Source of the DNA: a virus | Virus record (IMG/VR): IMGVR_UViG_3300020159_002019 | Span: 1-64,000 of that record | Direction: 5' to 3' (one strand) | DNA length: 64,000 nucleotides | In this document: positions 57,498-64,000 of the stretch, in pieces | Layout: the number at the start of each line of letters is the position of its first letter | How positions within the stretch are numbered: the first letter of the stretch is position 1 | Position numbers and translations under genes: made by a program | The notes under the pieces: generated by a model | Database searches by the model: none | What the model saw: the letters and a program-made list of their open reading frames with translations, nothing else | Told to the model about the DNA's origin: nothing

Positions 57498-57565
57498 TAT
57501 AATTCTTTGTTGGTTTTATAATTAACCCACTTATCCGTAAAAAGATATAGTGGGTTATTTTTTTT
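57498..57565 (+). ncRNA. Candidate late small RNA antisense to envelope-operon translation starts
   Basis: TATTTATA at 57487-57494, no ORF, terminator at 57523-57565. Positions 57502-57517 are the exact reverse complement of 47152-47167. The 5' end is approximate. Confidence 0.5.
57523..57565 (+). terminator. Intrinsic terminator
   Basis: Stem taacccact (57523-57531) / agtgggtta (57549-57557) followed by a T-run. Confidence 0.85.
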
Positions 57566-57576
57566 ATATTTTCATC

Positions 57577-57584
57577 TATTTATA
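57577..57584 (+). promoter_or_regulatory. Putative late promoter TATTTATA
   Basis: TATTTATA-N3-ATG (57588). Confidence 0.7.
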
Positions 57585-57587
57585 TGT

Positions 57588-60182
57588 ATGAGTAAAATTT
57601 TAATCGAAGAAATCAATAGAAATAGAAAAGTGATGGGTATTCAACCCTTAACAGAATCACAAGAATTAGATTTAATATTAGAAGATATTAACAAAGAAGT
57701 ACTAAATGAAGGTTGGTGGGAAACAACTAAATATGCATTATCTAAATTAGGTAGATATAAAGCTAATGGTAAAATCTTGGGTAAAACACAAGAAACAGCT
57801 AAATCTGAAAGTAAGGTTAGGGATTTACTAATGAAAAAAGGTAATGAAATAATCCAACAATTAGATAAAGACATTCGTGGTATAGATCCTGAATTTCCAA
57901 ATAACAAATCAAGAGTATCATTTTTAAGGTGTGTGATATTGGTTTCACAAGCTTATGATTCTATTGTGGCGGCAACTAAATTACCTCCAACAGATCCTAA
58001 GTTTTTACCTATTGATGCCGCCAATCTTATTATTAATGATTTAAGGGAATACGTTAAAAAGTTTTTAGATACTGATTTAAGTGCGGCTTTTAGTATAATG
58101 GATAGTGAAATTATTGATGGTAATTTAATAACTGAAGATGAATTATTAGATGAGGCTGAACCAAGAAGCGCTAAATTATCACAAGCGGGTAAAACAGGTA
58201 AATTCGGCTCAACTAGAATGGATACACTTAAATCAAATAAATTACCTTTATTATTGGCTGGTTTAGGTGTTAGTTTAGGTGGTTTAAGTTGGTTAATGGA
58301 TTCAGTTTGGGGGCAAAGATTCATTGAAGTTCCAACAGAAGAAGAAAAAGTTAAATATTTAAAAAATACTATTGGGACAATACAACCAGGTCAAGGTTTA
58401 ACTCAATGGTTAAATATGTTTGAAGGTACTGGATTAAATCCAAATTCAACCCCACAACAATTTTTAGATGCCGTTACAAAAGTTGGTAATGGTGATTTAG
58501 ATAAAGGTATTGAGGCTTTAACAGAACAAGGTGGTATATTTAGAAACCCTGATGCGGCTAAACAAGTATTAGAACAAATTAAAAATAATCCTGATGGTTA
58601 TAAAAACTTAGGTGAAATGTTTAAAGGGACTTGGGCTGGAACAGGAAAATCTATTGGTGATACATTAGTAACGGTTCCAGGTGCTTCGGTTGTGGAAACA
58701 ATAGCAAAAAAAGTTGCTGTACCTGTATTAAAGAAAGTGTTAGTTAAAACTGCCGCTGGTTCAGCATCTCCAATTATAGGTGCTTTAGGTATTGGTTTGA
58801 TGGCGGCTGGTGCTCTTGTAAAGGGTATGAGAATTAAAGGACAGAAACAATCAAGAGCTAAAACATTAAATGACTTATATCAATCATTGGTAAATTTAGA
58901 ACCAACAGAAGAAAACCCATCATCAGGTATTATTGAAACAGCTGGTGAAGGTGACGCAACAGGTGGTGATCAATCTAAATTGGGCGGTGCGACAGGTGTA
59001 AATATTGAATGTGTAAAAAATTTAATTAAGGCAACGATTCAGTTAAATGAAATGATTAATAAAGGTGTGGTTAAAAATCCGACTAATAAAAATGCTGCTG
59101 GTAGTAAAGGTAATATTAAAGTAGGTCAAGAATATTTATATAATAATAAACCTGTTTTAGTTCTTAATTTAAAAAATCCTGTAAGTAAAGGTTCTGATAA
59201 GAAATGGTTAACAAAAGATGACATTATTGGTAAAGATACTTTAGGTAATAATATGGTTTCTGTTGTATTTAAAAACAAATTAAATGATTATAGTGATATG
59301 AACGCCAGTACGGCTGTCGATATTTCTAAATTAAAACCTATGACTGGTGGTAATAAACCACAACCAACACAACAAAAACAAGGTAGATTCCCTAATTCTA
59401 AGCCTTTAACTCAATCACAATTAAAATCTAGTATTGATTCAGTTGTTCATAATATACTTAGAGAGTTTATTGAATTACAAGAAGCGGGCGCTGCTTGGAA
59501 TACGGCAAATGCTGCTAACGTAACTCAAACAAACGCACCTAAAGGTGGAGCTTTACAAGCCGGAGAAACAGATGCTGTGAATGGTTGGAATAAAGTCGTA
59601 AATGCATTTAAACAAGCCAATGTATCTGCATTAGTTAAACCTATGGAATTATTGGTTAATACTTCAATTTCACAAGGTAAAGATACATTAAAGGCGGCTC
59701 AAGAGGATATGATGCAAATAGGTAATTTAATTATTCAGAATAGAGCAACTATTGGTAAAGTAATTCCATTTGAACAATTAGTAAAAGAAGCTGAAGACCC
59801 TAAAATAACTAGAAGTAGGAATGTTCAAGCAATAGCTAAATCGATATCATTAGTAAGTAGAATTATTATGGCGTATAAAGAAGATATTGGTTTAACAGGT
59901 GCTTATGGTAGTGCTAAAGCCCCTATGAATTTATTTATTCAAGCTTATGATTGTGTAGTTAAAGGTGGTGGTAAATCAGGGGGACAAACAACTCAAGGAG
60001 GGAATCAACCATCACAAGGGGGAAATAACCAAGCAAATCAAGTTGGGGGTAATCAACCTGAAGGAAATGAAGAGGGTGGGACTGAACAATCTGGAGGGGA
60101 AGAAACCTCAAATCAAAAACAAACCGGTGTTGGATTCGATACAAAAGTTAGTGGTTCTATTAGAGGTGATTACTTTAGATAA
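57588..60182 (+). CDS. Large late protein, probable internal-head/ejection protein with two hydrophobic segments
   Basis: Leader MSKILIEEINR...LTE...VLNEG; hydrophobic LPLLLAGLGVSLGGLSWLM and IIGALGIGLMAAGALV; Gly/Gln-rich tail. Confidence 0.6.
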   Translation: MSKILIEEINRNRKVMGIQPLTESQELDLILEDINKEVLNEGWWETTKYALSKLGRYKANGKILGKTQETAKSESKVRDLLMKKGNEIIQQLDKDIRGIDPEFPNNKSRVSFLRCVILVSQAYDSIVAATKLPPTDPKFLPIDAANLIINDLREYVKKFLDTDLSAAFSIMDSEIIDGNLITEDELLDEAEPRSAKLSQAGKTGKFGSTRMDTLKSNKLPLLLAGLGVSLGGLSWLMDSVWGQRFIEVPTEEEKVKYLKNTIGTIQPGQGLTQWLNMFEGTGLNPNSTPQQFLDAVTKVGNGDLDKGIEALTEQGGIFRNPDAAKQVLEQIKNNPDGYKNLGEMFKGTWAGTGKSIGDTLVTVPGASVVETIAKKVAVPVLKKVLVKTAAGSASPIIGALGIGLMAAGALVKGMRIKGQKQSRAKTLNDLYQSLVNLEPTEENPSSGIIETAGEGDATGGDQSKLGGATGVNIECVKNLIKATIQLNEMINKGVVKNPTNKNAAGSKGNIKVGQEYLYNNKPVLVLNLKNPVSKGSDKKWLTKDDIIGKDTLGNNMVSVVFKNKLNDYSDMNASTAVDISKLKPMTGGNKPQPTQQKQGRFPNSKPLTQSQLKSSIDSVVHNILREFIELQEAGAAWNTANAANVTQTNAPKGGALQAGETDAVNGWNKVVNAFKQANVSALVKPMELLVNTSISQGKDTLKAAQEDMMQIGNLIIQNRATIGKVIPFEQLVKEAEDPKITRSRNVQAIAKSISLVSRIIMAYKEDIGLTGAYGSAKAPMNLFIQAYDCVVKGGGKSGGQTTQGGNQPSQGGNNQANQVGGNQPEGNEEGGTEQSGGEETSNQKQTGVGFDTKVSGSIRGDYFR

Positions 60183-60196
60183 AAAATATTAAATTT

Positions 60197-61012
60197 ATGA
60201 AAATTAAAATAACAGAAGAACAATATAATACCTTATTAAATGAAGGTTTTTTTGATAGATTAGGTGCTAAAATATCTGCCGGAACTAAACAAATTAAAGC
60301 TGTTGGGTCAAACATTAAAAATATCGTGACAGGTGATGGTAAAAGAACAAGTTATCAAGGGATAAAAAATTTAGGTGATGAAACTAAATTAAAAAGTATT
60401 GGATTATCAGTATATAATTTTATTGACAACTCAATAAAAAAAATTGTAGAAAATTACCCAAGTAGAAACGTGGATGTTTCTGAATATTTATATCTTTTAG
60501 CTGATTTTACAGATCAAAATACTAAGGTTTTAAACCTAAATACTAAATATATTAAAATACCTAAAGCTCAATACTATACAGGTAAAAATGGGGATAACCG
60601 AGAAAATCTTAAACTAAAAAATGAAGGGATATCAATAAATAAAAATATTGAAAATACGATAAAAGATTTGGAAAAATTATTTTCTTCTAGTGGTAGGAAT
60701 AATAATGATTTAATTGATTTAGCTTATAAATATATGTATTTCTTAAAAGAATTTTTAGGTGCAAATGAAAAAATGTTGAAATTAAATGAGAGTAGTTTAT
60801 CTAAAGATAGTAATTTATTTTTTAATAAAAAAACAAATCAAACACAACCAACTCAAGCGACGCCTAATCAACCACAACCAACTCAAGGGGTTCAAAATAA
60901 ACAAACACCTAATCAAACACAACCAACTCAAACTAATTATCCTGGTAGAACTGAAGAGTTGAGACAAAAAATGCAATCTAGATTAAACCCTAACCCTTAT
61001 TACGGTAAATAA
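60197..61012 (+). CDS. Late protein with capsid-targeting-like leader
   Basis: MKIKITEEQYNTLLNEGFFDRL; QPTQ repeats at the C-terminus. Confidence 0.65.
   Translation: MKIKITEEQYNTLLNEGFFDRLGAKISAGTKQIKAVGSNIKNIVTGDGKRTSYQGIKNLGDETKLKSIGLSVYNFIDNSIKKIVENYPSRNVDVSEYLYLLADFTDQNTKVLNLNTKYIKIPKAQYYTGKNGDNRENLKLKNEGISINKNIENTIKDLEKLFSSSGRNNNDLIDLAYKYMYFLKEFLGANEKMLKLNESSLSKDSNLFFNKKTNQTQPTQATPNQPQPTQGVQNKQTPNQTQPTQTNYPGRTEELRQKMQSRLNPNPYYGK
60836..60931 (+). repeat. Three copies of a 21 bp coding repeat (NQTQPTQ / NQPQPTQ)
   Basis: aatcaa(a/c)cacaaccaactcaa at 60836, 60866 and 60911. Confidence 0.85.
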
Positions 61013-61053
61013 GTAAATATTTACAAAAAGTAAAAGTTTCATATATATAGTGT

Positions 61054-61839
61054 ATGGAATTAGATATAAAGAATTTAGATCAGTTAAAAGCTATTGGTGC
61101 CGCTCAAGAGAGTAATGAACCATACGATGTTATACCCTTACCAAGCGAAGGGTTATTTTACACAAATAAAAAATCATCTGTTAAAGTATCATATTTAACC
61201 GCGGCTGATGAAAACATATTATTATCACCAAATCTACTTAAATCAGGTAAAGCTTTAGACGTTTTATTGGAAAGAAAGATAATGGATAAAGATATTAAGC
61301 ACAATGAATTATTACCTGGTGATAGGGATGCTATATATATTTTTTTAAGAACAAGTGGTTATGGTAATATATACCCTGTTAAATTGACTGATCCTAAAAC
61401 AGGTGACGAATTTGAATATGGGGTTGATTTAAGTGATATAAAATATAAAGAATTAGTTGAGCCTGATAGTAATAATGAATACACTATGAAATTACCCTTG
61501 TCAAAATCCACCATTAAATTTAGATTATTAACAACTAAAGATATTGAATCAATTGATGAGGAAATTGAAAAGAAAAAGAAAATGATGAAATTTTATGTTG
61601 ATGAAACATCAACAAAAAAATTAGAAAGAATGATAATGGAAATTGATGGTGATAGAGATAAAGGTAGAATTGCTCAATTTATATTAAATATGAGGATTGG
61701 TGATAGTTCCGCTATTAGAAAAGAATACAATAGGGTAGAACCTGGTTTAGATTTAGGCTTGGAGGTTGAGGCTCCAAGCGGAGAATTTTTTCGTACTTCA
61801 GTACCAATCAGCCTTTCTTTCTTCTGGCCTGATTTTTAA
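61054..61839 (+). CDS. T4 gp26-like baseplate hub / tail assembly chaperone
   Basis: IPLPSEGLFY, LTAADENIL, GDRDAIYIFLR..GYG, LPLSK..IKFRLLT, FFWP; lies upstream of the tape measure. Confidence 0.72.
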   Translation: MELDIKNLDQLKAIGAAQESNEPYDVIPLPSEGLFYTNKKSSVKVSYLTAADENILLSPNLLKSGKALDVLLERKIMDKDIKHNELLPGDRDAIYIFLRTSGYGNIYPVKLTDPKTGDEFEYGVDLSDIKYKELVEPDSNNEYTMKLPLSKSTIKFRLLTTKDIESIDEEIEKKKKMMKFYVDETSTKKLERMIMEIDGDRDKGRIAQFILNMRIGDSSAIRKEYNRVEPGLDLGLEVEAPSGEFFRTSVPISLSFFWPDF

Positions 61840-61993
61840 TACTGAAGAAAACCTATACGATGAATTTGATTTTTTATCACATCATAGGAATATAACTTGG
61901 AATGATTTTTTATCTATGCCTGTTAAAACAAAAAGATATTTAATTGGTAGGGTTATAAAACAATTTGAAGAAATGGAAAACCGCAATAAATAA
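61766..61993 (+). CDS. +1-frame extension of the upstream chaperone gene (probable frameshift product)
   Basis: No ATG before the conserved-looking LYDEFDFL...ITWNDFLSMPV; overlaps the upstream stop in the +1 frame. Confidence 0.55.
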   Translation: MRLQAENFFVLQYQSAFLSSGLIFNTEENLYDEFDFLSHHRNITWNDFLSMPVKTKRYLIGRVIKQFEEMENRNK

Positions 61994-62015
61994 TTGTGGT
62001 TTTTTTATTTAGACA

Positions 62016-62023
62016 TATTTATA
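62016..62023 (+). promoter_or_regulatory. Putative late promoter TATTTATA
   Basis: TATTTATA-N3-ATG (62027). Confidence 0.7.
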
Positions 62024-62026
62024 TAT

Positions 62027-62650
62027 ATGAAACTTATAGATTTATTTAATGAAATATTAAAAGAAGCTGATGATTTTAAAATTACTAGAGATGGTGGTGG
62101 TAGAGTTGCTTCTAAAATTGCTAATGTTGGTAAACAACTAACACCAGGATTTATCAGATCACCTAAAGAATATAAAGGTATTGGTGGCGCTAGATTAGCT
62201 AATAAAAATGTTGAAAAAGCTGCGGATAAAATAGGTTTTAATATCCCTAGATCAAGACAAACTCGTGATGATGTTGAGGGTGAAGATAAAACTAATAAAA
62301 TAACAATATCTTTTACTACGAGAGATAATTACACAGGATTCCAATATCTTAAAGTTAGTGTGGATGATTACCAAAGAATAAAAGAAATTTTTACTAAAGG
62401 TAATGTTAAAATGAAAACAACGACAGGTTATCCGGATTTATTTTCTGTTGATTTTAATCCAACAGGTAATAAATATTTAGTTAAATTTAATGATATTATA
62501 TATAATAAAAAATCACCAAGTTCAGGTGTTATATACACACCTAATACTTATGATATGACATACTTAACAGCTTTGGATATAAATGATCTTGTAGATAAAA
62601 ACAAATACAAGAAGTATCAATTTAGATTAAATGTAATTAACAAACCTTAA
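62027..62650 (+). CDS. Late protein with capsid-targeting-like leader
   Basis: Start reassigned to the ATG at 62027 (MKLIDLFNEILKEA). Confidence 0.65.
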   Translation: MKLIDLFNEILKEADDFKITRDGGGRVASKIANVGKQLTPGFIRSPKEYKGIGGARLANKNVEKAADKIGFNIPRSRQTRDDVEGEDKTNKITISFTTRDNYTGFQYLKVSVDDYQRIKEIFTKGNVKMKTTTGYPDLFSVDFNPTGNKYLVKFNDIIYNKKSPSSGVIYTPNTYDMTYLTALDINDLVDKNKYKKYQFRLNVINKP

Positions 62651-62663
62651 TACTTAAATAGTT

Positions 62664-64000
62664 ATGGCTACAGGTGGAGATCCTAAAGAAAGTTTAAATA
62701 TATATAGGGAAATTAATGATTTAGTTACCCAAATCAACGCTAATATTGAAAGAACTAACTCATTTCAAAGTGCATTACCTGAAGAAATTAAAAAACAAAA
62801 AGAGTTATTAGAAAGGTTAAATGATTTAAAAAGAATTGAAAATGAATTATTAAATGAGGAATATGATTTAAGACAAAAAACAAGAAAATTAACATTTGAT
62901 GGGTTAAAAGAGAATATTAAAGCAGGTGAAGCTTATCGTAAAATACAAAAAGAAAACAGTAACTTATACCGTTCAATAAATGACTTACAAAAAATAGCAG
63001 ACAAAGCTGAAGGTGAAAGAAAGAAAAATTTAGAAGAAATAATCAAATTAAAAAAACAAGAGTATGCTGAAAATCAAGCGGCTGCTGATAGTGTTGGTAG
63101 GTCCGTAATTGGTGGTAAGGCAATGGCTTCACTTATAGGTAGAATGGTTCCGGTTGCTGGGGTACTTGGTGGTATATTTTCAGAAATTAAAGATTTCTTC
63201 ATTAATTATTACGATAAATTAGATAAAGCGGCTAGAACATTGTCCGTTGATGTTGGTATGACATCAGAACAGATGATGAATTTAAGACGCCAAGCCGCAT
63301 TAACTGCTGTTCATACACAAGCAATGGGTGTTCATATTGCTGATATGTTGGCGGGTCAGAAAGCTTATAACGATGCTTTAGGTAGGAGTGTTGTATTATC
63401 AAGCAAGATGATGGCTGATATGACCGACATTGCTCTCGGGACTGATTTAGGTGCTGATGGTGCGGGTAGAATGGCAGCTTCTTTTGAAGCCTTTGGTTAT
63501 AATATGACTGATGTTAAAGATTTAGTTGAAACAACTTTCATCACCAATCAAAAACTTGGGTTAAACTCATCTAAAGTATTAAAAAATATTGAAGGTAGTT
63601 TAAAAACGGCTCAAAAATATAGTTTCAAGGATGGGGCTAAAAACTTAGCTCAAATGGCTCAAACCGCAACGTCAGTTAAAATGAGTATGGAATCCGTATT
63701 TGGTTTATCTGAAAAGTTATTTGAGTTGGAAGGTGCTGTTGAATTATCTGCTCAATTACAAGTATTAGGTGGTAGTTTTGCATCTTTAGGAGATCCAATG
63801 CAGTTGATATATCAAGCAAGAAATGATATGGAAGGATTACAAAAATCCTTAATTGAAGCAACTAAAGGTGTGGCTATGTTTGATAAAGCAACAGGTGAAT
63901 TTAAAATACCTTCAGCCGAATTACATAGATTGAGAAAAGTTGCTGAAGCAACAGGTATATCTATTGATGAAATGACTGAAAGTGCTTTAGCATTGGCAAG
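62664..64000 (+). CDS. Tape measure protein, N-terminal part; runs off the window
   Basis: Read manually from MATGGDPKESL...; long helical Ala/Gly/Leu-rich ORF (AVELSAQLQVLGG...GDPMQL) downstream of the chaperone-like gene. Confidence 0.8.
   Translation, partial: MATGGDPKESLNIYREINDLVTQINANIERTNSFQSALPEEIKKQKELLERLNDLKRIENELLNEEYDLRQKTRKLTFDGLKENIKAGEAYRKIQKENSNLYRSINDLQKIADKAEGERKKNLEEIIKLKKQEYAENQAAADSVGRSVIGGKAMASLIGRMVPVAGVLGGIFSEIKDFFINYYDKLDKAARTLSVDVGMTSEQMMNLRRQAALTAVHTQAMGVHIADMLAGQKAYNDALGRSVVLSSKMMADMTDIALGTDLGADGAGRMAASFEAFGYNMTDVKDLVETTFITNQKLGLNSSKVLKNIEGSLKTAQKYSFKDGAKNLAQMAQTATSVKMSMESVFGLSEKLFELEGAVELSAQLQVLGGSFASLGDPMQLIYQARNDMEGLQKSLIEATKGVAMFDKATGEFKIPSAELHRLRKVAEATGISIDEMTESALALA

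Noticed and set aside
26237-62023. Reading the motif as T4-type TATAAATA promoters firing on the minus strand
   Set aside because: The fixed 3 nt distance to plus-strand ATGs, including sites between tandem plus-strand genes, argues for the TATTTATA orientation.
674-63861. Short opposite-strand or nested ORFs in the track (for example 674-865, 2420-2629, 10718-10933, 15059-15244, 17532-17756, 25052-25330, 31076-31300, 32525-32905, 42293-42622, 46688-47266, 48366-48824, 57953-58324, 59965-60192, 63676-63861)
   Set aside because: They lie within well-supported genes and show no motifs, so they are shadow ORFs.
1-64000. Stop-codon reassignment as in some large phages
   Set aside because: Genes are full length and tile tightly under the standard code, and TAG and TGA both end genes at sensible positions.
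1-64000. tRNA/rRNA genes, introns, inteins, transposases
   Set aside because: No cloverleaf-like intergenic segments, interrupted core genes or transposase motifs were seen by eye; tRNAscan/Infernal would be needed to exclude them formally.

Overview
A 64 kb segment of a very AT-rich (roughly 28% GC by eye), standard-code, large T4-like (myovirus-type) phage. A type IX secretion (T9SS) sorting domain points to a Bacteroidota host. Minus-strand blocks carry a partial family B DNA polymerase, a ~20 kb, 22-gene sugar biosynthesis and glycosyltransferase island (Glf, Gmd, Fcl/ColC, two ColD-type 3-dehydratases, a DmhA-like dehydratase, five fucosyltransferase-type enzymes, methyltransferases), an SbcD/gp47-like nuclease, a gp55-like late sigma factor, UvsX/RecA, a gp32-like SSB and a SNF2 helicase. 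Plus-strand blocks, mostly preceded by a TATTTATA motif, carry virion genes (gp13-like neck, LamG-like protein, 2025 aa fibre, BppU-like protein, gp26-like/tail chaperone, partial tape measure). The most striking observations are: (1) a six-gene cell-envelope operon combining a T9SS-sorted cohesin-dockerin scaffold, a CsgG-like lipoprotein, a probable beta-barrel and a dockerin-bearing lectin; (2) an ORF-free promoter-terminator unit ~10 kb away with a perfect 16 nt antisense match to the start codon of the CsgG-like gene, a candidate trans-acting sRNA; (3) a cluster of miniature, degenerate copies of the major capsid (Gol-peptide region) and terminase ATPase domains that may be immune decoys; (4) a family of late proteins sharing a probable capsid-targeting leader; (5) a candidate +1 frameshift in the tail chaperone. 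All family calls come from motif recognition by eye. No database search was run.
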